Under the pieces are notes generated by a model that had not been told where the DNA came from, ran no database searches, and saw only the letters and a list, made by a program, of their open reading frames with translations. Source: an uncultured Clostridia bacterium (GTDB lineage: Bacteria > Bacillota > Clostridia > TANB77 > CAG-508). From it: a stretch of 41,918 nucleotides of DNA. The stretch covers positions 1-41,918 of the forward strand of contig CANQPV010000003.1 of NCBI GenBank assembly GCA_947625825.1, read 5' to 3'. Position numbers and translations under genes: made by a program. Below, piece by piece: positions 30,754-39,717 of this stretch. How positions within the stretch are numbered: position 1 is the first letter of the stretch; every line of letters begins with the position of its first letter.

Positions 30754-30906
30754 CTATGCGCCTGTAAGGTTTGCTTAATTTTTGGTGCAAATTTAACATT
30801 GTTTTTTTGTAATTATTGTTGTTCTAAGTAAAAATCGCTCAAACGCAGTCACGACTTCACTTTCAGTCACTTTTAGTCACTCTTAAACTTTGTTAACCTT
30901 CGATTG

Positions 30907-31173
30907 TCATGCACTTGATTTGCACTTGATTTTTTTGCTTTGTATAATTACAGTACCAAGCATTTGCTGGCTTTTTTCGAAATCTACAACTGACCTTGTA
31001 CCTGCTTCAATATGATAAATTGATTTTGATGGAATATCAACTCCAAGCATAATAAGTTTATTTGATAGTTCTTGCTTAGATAATTTCTCCATTTGCCTAT
31101 ATTTTCGTAAATTTAAACCAATAATATTTCTTTTCTGCTCTAAAGCACTATTATAGTTTCTAGCATGTGCCAT
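30907..31173 (-). CDS. XRE-family HTH regulator, C-terminus probably truncated
   Basis: NIIG.NLRKYR....LSKQELS..L...G.DI....IYHIEAGTR.VVDFE; sequence after DFE looks unrelated. Confidence 0.75.
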   Translation of the reverse strand: MAHARNYNSALEQKRNIIGLNLRKYRQMEKLSKQELSNKLIMLGVDIPSKSIYHIEAGTRSVVDFEKSQQMLGTVIIQSKKIKCKSSA

Positions 31174-31399
31174 AAAAATTCCTCCTAAAAACCTTATTTT
31201 ACTATTGATTTTAACATTTATTTATGGTACTATTGGTATACGGACGTACCAATAATTAATTTTTTACACATAAGAGTTAAAATTAAAGGGTTTCGAAATA
31301 ATCCATTGTGAAAAAAAGGAAAAATTTGGCTAGTAGGAGAATAATTAAATAAAAGGCTTCTTGGAATAGCTATAAAAGATAGTTTCTTCTTTTAAATTA

Positions 31400-31428
31400 T
31401 TGACATTTGCTTATAAATGTTGTATTAT
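31400..31428 (+). promoter_or_regulatory. SigA-type promoter with no downstream ORF (ncRNA 1)
   Basis: TTGACA-17-TATTAT. Confidence 0.7.
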
Positions 31429-31460
31429 AAGAATAACAAAAAAAATGTAGCATATAATAA

Positions 31461-31555
31461 TTATAGGTTATTCAAGGGTAGAAAGTGGCAGCTACCGTGC
31501 CAGTGATGGTCTGAAAAAAGATGTAGGGTACGCCGTCCTACTGAATAATCAATAA
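31461..31555 (+). ncRNA. Candidate structured ncRNA 1 (putative RNA antitoxin)
   Basis: GC-rich island; closing stem 31466-31474/31542-31550, GGTAG/CTACC, TGGCA/TGCCA, GTAGGG/TCCTAC; G-U pairs favour + strand. Confidence 0.6.
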
Positions 31556-31585
31556 AAAGGGATACTTCACATAGTATCTCTTTTT
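31554..31585. terminator. Terminator between ncRNA 1 and convergent PBECR gene
   Basis: AAAAAGGGATACT-TCACAT-AGTATCTCTTTTT overlapping the CDS stop. Confidence 0.7.
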
Positions 31586-31986
31586 ACTTTCTTTATTCTA
31601 TTTTGATTTATTCCATTTTGCAATTTTACTTTACTTATTGGATATATACTTCTAAAAAATAAATCGCCTTTTGCTTTTAGCCTCACAGCAACTAAAGTTA
31701 ATTCATTAATTTCTTTTATATATTCAATACTACTATGATTTGAATTATAGCCTACATAGTCAGGATTTTGCAAAATATATGGTAATAATTCCATACTTTT
31801 ATTGTATGATTGTTCATCTTTAAAGTCAGGTTTATGTTTATCGCAGTGCTCTATTCTATCATAAGAAATTTTTATATTTCTAGGCTTTTCGTTTAATTGT
31901 AGCAAATTAATTATTTCTTGCTTTAATTCGCCTATTTTTAGTATTTGCTTTTCTTTTTGCAATTTATTTATATCCAATTTATTCAT
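31567..31986 (-). CDS. PBECR2/3-like (BECR-fold) predicted ribonuclease toxin
   Basis: IG.L...II.LL...I....IEHC.KH....Y......L..I...PDYVG......SIEYIK......VAVRL........SIYPI pattern recognised by eye. Confidence 0.7.
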   Translation of the reverse strand: MNKLDINKLQKEKQILKIGELKQEIINLLQLNEKPRNIKISYDRIEHCDKHKPDFKDEQSYNKSMELLPYILQNPDYVGYNSNHSSIEYIKEINELTLVAVRLKAKGDLFFRSIYPISKVKLQNGINQNRIKKVKRDTM

Positions 31987-32000
31987 TTTTGCACCTACTT

Positions 32001-32117
32001 CTATTTGATATTTTTCTCAATACTTTTTACAAAATTATCAACTAACCTTTTAAGCCTATCAATAGGGAAATCAAAAAGATTTTTTACTACTTGAAATTCC
32101 TTCTTGTATATTTTATT
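32001..32117 (-). pseudogene. Start-less 3' gene fragment
   Basis: Open frame KIYKKEFQVVKNLFDFPIDRLKRLVDNFVKSIEKNIK* ending just before the PBECR RBS, no start codon. Confidence 0.4.
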
Positions 32118-32335
32118 TTAATTTATTATTTAATTTAATATTTAATTTAAGCAAAGCTACGTAAGCTTTTACTTATGATCTAGTACTTATTAATTTAGCT
32201 AATATAACACAAATGAAAAAGTGTTAGAACATCTAGAACACTTTTTTTAGAAAGTGTTCTGTATGATTAGGAACAGACTTCCTAATAACCTTTCTTTCTA
32301 GTATTGACAAACAAGTGAATTGATAGTAAAACAAA

Positions 32336-32434
32336 TATAGGAAATGAGCTACAGAGTGGTTGCCGAGAAAAGATTAGTAATAACCATTCCCTCGTCAAAG
32401 CAGAATGGCTATTTTTTATTACCTATTTCCTATA
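32336..32434. ncRNA. Candidate structured ncRNA 2
   Basis: Perfect 10-bp closing stem TATAGGAAAT/ATTTCCTATA, inner GAGTGGTTG/TAACCATTC; flanked by convergent promoters. Confidence 0.5.
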
Positions 32435-32642
32435 ACTAAGAATATACCATATAAAAAATAAAAATTCAAGTATTTTTAAAACAAATTTTCGTGCACTTAT
32501 GTGCACTTAAAAAGGTGATAGAAACGCATAGATAGCCGATTTTTATAGCACATCTGCACCAAAAAATGCTAAATTTTAACCAAATTTAGCATTTTTTACT
32601 TTTTAATAAAATACTTCTGCCACAAATGCTTTATATTTTTTA

Positions 32643-32682
32643 TTGACATAACGAATAAAAAAATAGTATAATAAATATACTA
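32643..32682 (+). promoter_or_regulatory. TA operon promoter with palindromic operator
   Basis: TTGACA-18-TATAAT; TAGTATA-5-TATACTA at 32664-32682. Confidence 0.6.
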
Positions 32683-32726
32683 AAAAGAAAGAAAAAATAG
32701 TTTATTTAAATGGAGTGTGAAGAATT

Positions 32727-32969
32727 ATGTCAATAGAAAAACAAGAATTATTTAAATCCATAGAAACTTTACCAGAAGAACTTGCTCTTCAAGTTCTTGA
32801 TTATATAGAATACTTAAAATTTAATTCTATTATTTATAATGCTCCTAAAGATTTAATAATAAAAGATGAAGAAGATCTAAAAAAGAAATTAGAAGAAGGA
32901 ATTGAAAGTACAGAAAAAGGAGAAGTATATTCTCTAGAAGAGGTTTTTGAAGAAGTACAAAAAATATAA
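32727..32969 (+). CDS. Putative antitoxin (DUF2281-like N-terminus)
   Basis: IETLPEE...QVLDYIEYLK; acidic C-terminus KLEEGIES..KGEVYSLEEVF; upstream of RelE/ParE gene. Confidence 0.75.
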   Translation: MSIEKQELFKSIETLPEELALQVLDYIEYLKFNSIIYNAPKDLIIKDEEDLKKKLEEGIESTEKGEVYSLEEVFEEVQKI

Positions 32970-32986
32970 ATCGGAGACTTTAAAAT

Positions 32987-33302
32987 ATGGAAAAATATAA
33001 GATAAAATTTTCAAAGGAAGCTAGAAGTGATTATTTTGATATTATTAGATAATATTAAATATGATTTAATAGAGCCTAATATTGCTAATAAATATGCAAA
33101 ATTGATAAAAGATGAAATTAAAAAATTAGAATATAACCCACAAAGATTTTCTATTATAGATATTAAAGCAAAGAATTATACTAATATACACAAGTTAATT
33201 ATAAAAAATCATATTGCTTTTTATAGAATAAATGATAATAATAAAATTGTAAATATTGAACGAATTTTATATGGAGCTTCTAATTGGCAGAGTAAAATTT
33301 GA
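32987..33302 (+). pseudogene. RelE/ParE-family toxin interrupted by one extra base
   Basis: ATG 32987 MEKYKIKFSKEARSDYFDIIR stops at TAA 33050-33052; +1 frame continues NIKYDLIEP..A...L...P.R....KNHIAFYRI......IERILYG. Confidence 0.8.
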
Positions 33303-33532
33303 AATTATTTTATATTATTAGTCTATTTGCTCGGAAACAAATTGCAAAATGCTTGTAAATAGTGGTTCTTAGCATTTAGACTTTTTTTATCTGCACCAGA
33401 CAAAAACTACTGAATTTTAGGAATTTCAGTAGTTTTATTGTATAGAAAATATGGCATATCATATAATATAAAATTTTTAGCTTAGAACCATGAGTTATTA
33501 CTAAAGCAGTAATAAAATTAAAGTTTGCAATA

Positions 33533-34459
33533 TTATTTTTTTCTTCTATCAATAGCATATGCACTACCTGGTGTGGTTTTTGCTACGTGTTTTACTTGTG
33601 CTGCCACTTCTCCAATTTCTAGAACATTTTTAAATCTTCCTTTATCTATAATAACTACACCTATAGAAATTGATGTTAGAGGGAATTGTTCTATAATACA
33701 TTTTCTATTAGGTACTTCTAAATAACCTCTTTCTATATCTTCTTCATTAAAATATTTTAACACGCCTTTATCAAACTCTAAAATAATATCTTGGCATATT
33801 TTTTCGCAGTCTATACTAGAAGTAATTGCAACGAAGTCATCTCCACCAATATGACCAATAAAATTATCTTCTGTTTCAGTATTTGAAAGATGGTTTACAA
33901 TACATCTAGAGGTAAATTTAATAATTTCATCACCTTTTAAAAATCCATAAATATCATTATATGCTTTAAAATTGTCTAAGTCTACATATAAAATAGCAAA
34001 TTCTTCTTTATTTAATAATCTTTTTTTCATTTCTGCTTGAATTTGTACATTGCCTGGAAGTCCAGTAAGAGGGCTTACTCTACGGTTTGTATCTAGAAGT
34101 CTAATTACATTTTTTATAGTATAGTATAAATATTCTTCATCAATAGGCGCTTTAATATAATGTTCTACGCAAGCTTGTAGTATTTCAACTCTATGCTTTT
34201 TTTCTTTAATAGATGAAATAACTATAATAGGTGTTATACTGTTATCTTCATTTTGTCTAATTTTATTGCAAAGCTCTACTATATTTTCTTTAATACCATC
34301 TTCATTAATTATAATTAATGATGGAATATTTTTTAAAACAATTTCAATATCTTTTGTTTTTGCTTTTTTAAATTTATAATCTGACTCTTTTTTAAATAAC
34401 TCTATTAACTTATTTTTTAGGTCGTTATTTTCATCAATTATATAAATTTCTTGTGCCAT
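33533..34459 (-). CDS. Pseudo-receiver + GGDEF diguanylate cyclase
   Basis: PLTGLPGN, DLDNFKAYND.YG..KGD, HIGGDDF, SISIG; REC-like N-terminus with NED at the phospho-site. Confidence 0.88.
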   Translation of the reverse strand: MAQEIYIIDENNDLKNKLIELFKKESDYKFKKAKTKDIEIVLKNIPSLIIINEDGIKENIVELCNKIRQNEDNSITPIIVISSIKEKKHRVEILQACVEHYIKAPIDEEYLYYTIKNVIRLLDTNRRVSPLTGLPGNVQIQAEMKKRLLNKEEFAILYVDLDNFKAYNDIYGFLKGDEIIKFTSRCIVNHLSNTETEDNFIGHIGGDDFVAITSSIDCEKICQDIILEFDKGVLKYFNEEDIERGYLEVPNRKCIIEQFPLTSISIGVVIIDKGRFKNVLEIGEVAAQVKHVAKTTPGSAYAIDRRKK

Positions 34460-34484
34460 TTTTATCTCCTTTTTCTATAGTTTT

Positions 34485-35411
34485 TTATTGCGGACTATAC
34501 ACAAGTTCTGTTGCAGCGTTTTCTGTGTATCCGCTAACATTTGTTACTTCAATAGAAATTATATTATTTCCTTCTCGTAAAGTTAAAGGTCCTACTTTTA
34601 CTTCTTTTAGGTTTATGTTTGTAGCAGAATAAGTTTCTCCATTTAGATTAATTGTAATATCTTTTATTCCATCTTTATCTTTTACTTCAAAAGTAAGTTC
34701 ATCTCTATTTTTGAATACAGCTATTTCTGGTTTTGATGTTGATGTTATTATTTCTTTTTCTATTTGTTCTACATTTCCATTTAAATCTTCTGCAATAATT
34801 GTAATTGTTCTAGTTCCAGGAGCTAATGTTAATTCTTGTTTTAATTCTTTTTGCCCCTCTGTTTCGGCATAAATAGTAACTTCATCTTCTTCTTCCCATT
34901 TATAAGTAATACTTGAAATTGCTGTTTCATCTTTAGCTATAATGATCATTTTGTCGCTACCATTTGATGTATCTATTTCTATAGTTGGTTTTGTAATATC
35001 TACTCCGTCTAATATAAATTGTTTTTGGTAAGTTACTTGTTTACCATTAACATCTTCTACTATAAGGTTTAATGTGCTATTATGTCCTAAAAGTGTAATT
35101 GTTTCTTCTGCTGAATAGTTATTTATTGGTACAACATTTTCTTCTCCGTTATCCCAAGAATATTTAATTTTCATAATTTCAGTATTGTTTTCTATGTTAA
35201 CAATAATTTCATCATTTATTCTTTGAATATTAACTACCGGTGTATTTCCTGGCTTTTTATCTTCTATATTTTTATATATTGCATAGCACCCTTCACCTGA
35301 TAGTATTAATCCAAAAATCATAATACTAATAGCAAAGAACATAACTATACTTTTTATTTCTGATGGTTTATTTGATTTTTTAGTATTTTGTGTGACAAGA
35401 ATTTGGTTCAT
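34485..35411 (-). CDS. Membrane-anchored protein with three Ig-like beta repeats
   Basis: N-terminal TM, repeated P.I.I...I.AKD..I..I.Y.W...L..G...I.I...D.NG units. Confidence 0.7.
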   Translation of the reverse strand: MNQILVTQNTKKSNKPSEIKSIVMFFAISIMIFGLILSGEGCYAIYKNIEDKKPGNTPVVNIQRINDEIIVNIENNTEIMKIKYSWDNGEENVVPINNYSAEETITLLGHNSTLNLIVEDVNGKQVTYQKQFILDGVDITKPTIEIDTSNGSDKMIIIAKDETAISSITYKWEEEDEVTIYAETEGQKELKQELTLAPGTRTITIIAEDLNGNVEQIEKEIITSTSKPEIAVFKNRDELTFEVKDKDGIKDITINLNGETYSATNINLKEVKVGPLTLREGNNIISIEVTNVSGYTENAATELVYSPQ

Positions 35412-35513
35412 AAAATTAAACCCTCCGTAAATATTTTATATAAAAATTATAACATAAGCATTTTTTAATGTAAACCTATAAAAATAAAAAAGATGTGAAT
35501 TTTTAAAATGAAG

Positions 35514-35580
35514 AAAAAAGCTTTGTCTTAAGCTTTTAAGGTATTTAGACCTATTTGCTTAAGACAAAAGCTTTATTTTT
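35514..35580. terminator. Long hairpin downstream of adhesin gene
   Basis: AAAGCTTTGTCTTAAGC...GCTTAAGACAAAAGCTTT flanked by A/T runs. Confidence 0.7.
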
Positions 35581-35583
35581 AGT

Positions 35584-38500
35584 TTATAATACAAATTTCT
35601 TAATTAAAATTGTTCCACCTAATAACATTGAAGTTGATGCTAATGCTAAGATTATATAAGTTGGCGTATTACCTGTTTTGATTGATAATATTACTGGTGC
35701 ATCATCTATATCATCTTCTCCATGTACGTTATTTCCTGGAGTTGAGTCTATATCTGGTGAATTATATTCATTTTCGTCTTTATATATTTCTGCCCAGTTT
35801 GTTTTTTGTCCTAAATTGTCTTTGCTATTTTTCCATGTTAGTACAATTTCAACTGTTGCACTTTCGCCTGGTTGTAATAATTTATCTGTTAATTGATCTG
35901 TTAATACTTTGCCATCTTCTTCTCTCCATTTAGGATTGTCTTTTTTATCAAATGTTAATCCTTCTGGAATATAATCTATTATTTCTTTTGCATAACCTGC
36001 TATTTCACCTTCGTTTGTTACTTTTATTACAAATCTAAATTTAACTGTTGTTTTGCTAAGTTGATTTGATTTTATTTCAACTTTTGCAGGTGCTTCTGGG
36101 TTTTCATTTCCAGTATGTCCTGTTTTGTTTACTGTTGTTTTTCCGTTATATGTTACTATAGATTCGCTTACCCATTTCTTTAATGATAAATCAAAGTATT
36201 TTACTTTTATATGTTCTTCATCTATATCATCTTCATTTTCTTTATCATTATTTGGCTCTGAGTCTATGTCTTCAACTTCATTACCATCTTCATCAGAATC
36301 ATCTGTAATTTCTGCTATGTTTGTTATTATTCTATCTGATGTATTTGGCTCTACTACTTGGAATGCTATTTTTACATCTTTATAATCTGGCATTGTCATT
36401 TCTTTAGTAAATGCATTTATTAAGTTTTCGCCTTCTGTTTCTTCTTGCTCTTTTGATAAATAATCTGTTTCTATGTATTCAGCTTCTTCAACATTTTCTG
36501 TTTCTTCTCCTTCTGCTGTATACATTTTCCAACGATATTCTATATTAGTTTGATGTTCTGGTAAAAATACTAGTCCTTCTGGTAAATCATCTTTTACTTT
36601 TGTAGCATACCCTGCAGTATTTCCTTCATTAAATATTCTTAATGTATATGTAACAATATTTCCATTTGCTACTTCTACTGGGTCTTTTGGATGTGTATAT
36701 GTATTAGTTTCTTTATCATATACTGGCACTCTATTTGTTATTTGAGTGTCATTTACACCTGTAATAAATTTTCTTAATGCTAAGTCAAATCTCTTTAATT
36801 CTAATTTTTCAAAGTCATCATCATCTTGTTGACCTGGAATGTATTTATCTCCACGTTCAATTTCTGTGTCTTTGTATGTTGGTAAGTCTTCATCTGATGG
36901 TAAGTTATCTTCTACTATATTATCCTCTGGTTTTGAATTATTGTTTGCTAAGCTATTAGCTGTAGAATCTCTATCTAATAGATTTTGATTATCTTTGTCT
37001 TTATAGCCTGTAACTTCTGCAATATTTGTAATTTTTTCATATAAGTCTATACCATCTTTTACTTTACACCTAATTTGGACATCTATGTAATCTAAAGTAG
37101 AACTACTAAATGCTTTTAATAAAACTTTATCTTGGTCTGAAGTTCTTTGTTTATATATTTCATTTCTATTTGCAGAATTTGTAGTGTTTGGTGATGTAAT
37201 ATCTGTTGTTACTGTTCTACCATCTCTAGATACTGTCCAACCATATTTTGCATTTAATTCATCATTTATTAAAAATTCTAATTGTTCTGGCAAATAATCT
37301 GTAATTTCTGTTACATACCCGTCTATTTGTCCTTCATTATATACACGAATTGTATAAGTTACAATATCTCCATTAGAAACACTAACTGGATTTTTTGAAT
37401 GCTCATATGTTGCTGTAGTATTTTTTCCATTTGCTAAATTCTGTGTTTTTACATCTGGAACTCTACTATACATCTTTATATTTTCTCCAGATTGAACTGA
37501 ATATATAAATTTTCTTAATGCTAAATCAAAATATTGTCCTTTTAATATTAAATTTTCAAAATCGTCATCATCTTGCTGACTTTGTTCACCATAATTTTGT
37601 CTATTAACATCATTTGGAATAGAATCTCTATCTTGTAGTTTTCCGTCTTTATCAGCTTCTTGTGTAATTTCTGCAATATTTTTTAATGTTTGATCTTTAT
37701 TTCCTACTTCTGCCACTACTTCGCATTCAATTAATAAGTCTTCATAATCTAATGTAGTTCCATCAAACGCATCAATTAATTTATTATTTAAGTGATCAGT
37801 TGTTACTGTTTTTCCATCTGTAGATAATTTCCAACCATAATCTTTATTTGTTGTACTATCTGTTAAGAATTTTAATCCGTCTGGCAAGTAGTCTGTTACT
37901 TCTTTTGCATAACCTGCTACTTCGCCTTCATTATATACTCTGATAGTATATAATACTTTATCTCCTTTTTCTACTCTTAAAGGCTCTTTTGAATGTACTT
38001 TATTAGCTGTTTCTGTTTGACCATTTTTTAAATTTTGAAGTTCTTCATTTGAAATTGATGGTGTTCTAGTAGAAGTTATATCTATTCCATCAATATTAGT
38101 TGTTTTATCATTTATTTTTGTAATAAATTTTCTTAATGCTAAGTCAAATTCTAATTCTGGTGCATATGTATATATTTTTTCATCTTCAAATGTTTCTTGC
38201 TTCTTTTCTACAATAACAACTGGCTGATCTTTTTGTGCATTTGGGTTTTCTACTGACCAATATGTTGCTGTTGTTGTAAAGAATGAGCCTGAAATTTTTA
38301 ATTTTAGATTTGTAGTATTAGTTCCTGTTGGAATTGAAATGTAAAAATTTTCGCCTAATAAATTTTTTATATTTTGTTCTGTTGTTATTTTATCTGATTT
38401 TAAAAGTTTAACATCTGTAACATTGTTTCCAGCTCCATCTGTTACTGTTACATTTAAAGAATAATTAATATCAGTTCTTGATGCATTCATCTTATATGGT

Positions 38501-39384
38501 CCTAATATTAATCTATTTCCTTGATTTACTCTTGTAATAGTTGTATCTTCTAATTGTACAGGTTGCATTTGTAAAGTATTTTTATAATTGTAATTTGAAT
38601 TTTCTTCTGCAGTATTTACTAAATATTTAAACAAAGCTGTACATGCATGCATTCTATCCCAACCATTTGTAAAGTAATCTGAATCTCCAGTTCCTCTTTC
38701 ACTTAATGGTTTTTTTAAACTCTCCTCTTGGCTTCGTACTGAATTTAAATAAAATTCAAAATTTCCATTTGTTATATGATAATCACCATCACTATTTGTA
38801 AAATACCATATTGCTAACTGTTGTACTGCATCTATATCGTCATCTGTTAAATATGAAAATTCATCGCCATTTATATTTGGAAAGCCTTGTTTTTCAGCAT
38901 AATTTTTAGCTGATTCTAGTAAAATTGCTTTATTCTCTGTAGCTCTATTCATTTCTTCTGAAGATGCATTATTTAATGCTGGAACATAAATATTATCTAA
39001 AAGCCACATTAGAGATGCATAGGTTGTATTACTTTGAGGTAAGAATTTTTTATATTCTTCTGTAATGTTATCTTGCTTTAAATCAAAATATTTTGTATAT
39101 TTTGTTTGTTGTGGCTTTCCTGATAAAAGGTCATCAGAGCCAAAACCAGGTCCTCCTTTTAAGCAATATATAGTTTGTCCTATGTCATTCTGTTCCTCAT
39201 AAATTTTCCATATATTTTTTTGACTATTAGCTAATTGATAGCCATAACCTGATTTTCTTAAAAATTTAATATTTAAGGTCTTACCTTGACTATCTATTGC
39301 TGCTTGTACCATTCCAAATGAATTTAGTACAATTGTTATTAAGAACAATAATGTAAATATTAGCGCTCCTTTTTTTAATTTCAT
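35584..39384 (-). CDS. Cell-wall adhesin: Cys-Gln thioester domain + four DUF11-like Ig repeats
   Basis: Signal peptide, IYCL, VQQLAIWYFT, DQPV; four FDLALRKF/FDLSLKKW repeats; IKTG + TM + KK sorting signal. Confidence 0.82.
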   Translation of the reverse strand: MKLKKGALIFTLLFLITIVLNSFGMVQAAIDSQGKTLNIKFLRKSGYGYQLANSQKNIWKIYEEQNDIGQTIYCLKGGPGFGSDDLLSGKPQQTKYTKYFDLKQDNITEEYKKFLPQSNTTYASLMWLLDNIYVPALNNASSEEMNRATENKAILLESAKNYAEKQGFPNINGDEFSYLTDDDIDAVQQLAIWYFTNSDGDYHITNGNFEFYLNSVRSQEESLKKPLSERGTGDSDYFTNGWDRMHACTALFKYLVNTAEENSNYNYKNTLQMQPVQLEDTTITRVNQGNRLILGPYKMNASRTDINYSLNVTVTDGAGNNVTDVKLLKSDKITTEQNIKNLLGENFYISIPTGTNTTNLKLKISGSFFTTTATYWSVENPNAQKDQPVVIVEKKQETFEDEKIYTYAPELEFDLALRKFITKINDKTTNIDGIDITSTRTPSISNEELQNLKNGQTETANKVHSKEPLRVEKGDKVLYTIRVYNEGEVAGYAKEVTDYLPDGLKFLTDSTTNKDYGWKLSTDGKTVTTDHLNNKLIDAFDGTTLDYEDLLIECEVVAEVGNKDQTLKNIAEITQEADKDGKLQDRDSIPNDVNRQNYGEQSQQDDDDFENLILKGQYFDLALRKFIYSVQSGENIKMYSRVPDVKTQNLANGKNTTATYEHSKNPVSVSNGDIVTYTIRVYNEGQIDGYVTEITDYLPEQLEFLINDELNAKYGWTVSRDGRTVTTDITSPNTTNSANRNEIYKQRTSDQDKVLLKAFSSSTLDYIDVQIRCKVKDGIDLYEKITNIAEVTGYKDKDNQNLLDRDSTANSLANNNSKPEDNIVEDNLPSDEDLPTYKDTEIERGDKYIPGQQDDDDFEKLELKRFDLALRKFITGVNDTQITNRVPVYDKETNTYTHPKDPVEVANGNIVTYTLRIFNEGNTAGYATKVKDDLPEGLVFLPEHQTNIEYRWKMYTAEGEETENVEEAEYIETDYLSKEQEETEGENLINAFTKEMTMPDYKDVKIAFQVVEPNTSDRIITNIAEITDDSDEDGNEVEDIDSEPNNDKENEDDIDEEHIKVKYFDLSLKKWVSESIVTYNGKTTVNKTGHTGNENPEAPAKVEIKSNQLSKTTVKFRFVIKVTNEGEIAGYAKEIIDYIPEGLTFDKKDNPKWREEDGKVLTDQLTDKLLQPGESATVEIVLTWKNSKDNLGQKTNWAEIYKDENEYNSPDIDSTPGNNVHGEDDIDDAPVILSIKTGNTPTYIILALASTSMLLGGTILIKKFVL

Positions 39385-39717
39385 TGTTTTTACCTTCTTT
39401 CCTAATATTACTATTTAAATTTATTTTACTTTTGTTTTTATACTATGTCAATAGCACTATTTTACACATTTTCCATATTTTTTTTGCATTGACACTTTTT
39501 TTCTTACGGATTTTATTATTACTAATTCTATAAGAAATTTATAGTCCTATATTACAATTATATTACATTTTTGTCATATTTTCAAGGGTTTTGGCGAATA
39601 AATTGGATATTTTCTTAGATTCCGTAGCAATTTACAGAATTTATACATTTTTTTCCATATTTTTATTGAACTAAAATGATATACTAATTGCATTAATTAG
39701 CTTTCTATAAAGTAAAA

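Larger units (their letters stand above)
30725..32561. mobile_element. Decayed tRNA-Leu-integrated islet 1 (no integrase)
   Basis: CATCTGCACCA at 32551-32561 duplicates tRNA 3' end 30714-30724 and is followed by its own terminator. Confidence 0.75.
32562..33401. mobile_element. tRNA-Leu islet 2 carrying only a type II toxin-antitoxin pair
   Basis: ATCTGCACCAGAC at 33389-33401 equals 30715-30727; terminator-like hairpins follow at 32561-32597 and 33402-33436. Confidence 0.7.

Noticed and set aside
30527-30799. 90-aa minus-strand ORF
   Set aside because: Antisense shadow of tRNA-Leu
32336-32434. HDV-like ribozyme for ncRNA 2
   Set aside because: Could not build the nested double-pseudoknot P1-P4 topology; only a CCTCG resemblance
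33027-33302. ParE as an intact 91-aa ORF
   Set aside because: N-terminus MIILILL is out-of-frame sequence; the RBS-linked start is 32987 with a frameshift
13969-33302. Genome-wide programmed frameshifting or altered genetic code
   Set aside because: Only toxin genes and one disordered tail are affected; all conserved genes read through intact with the standard code
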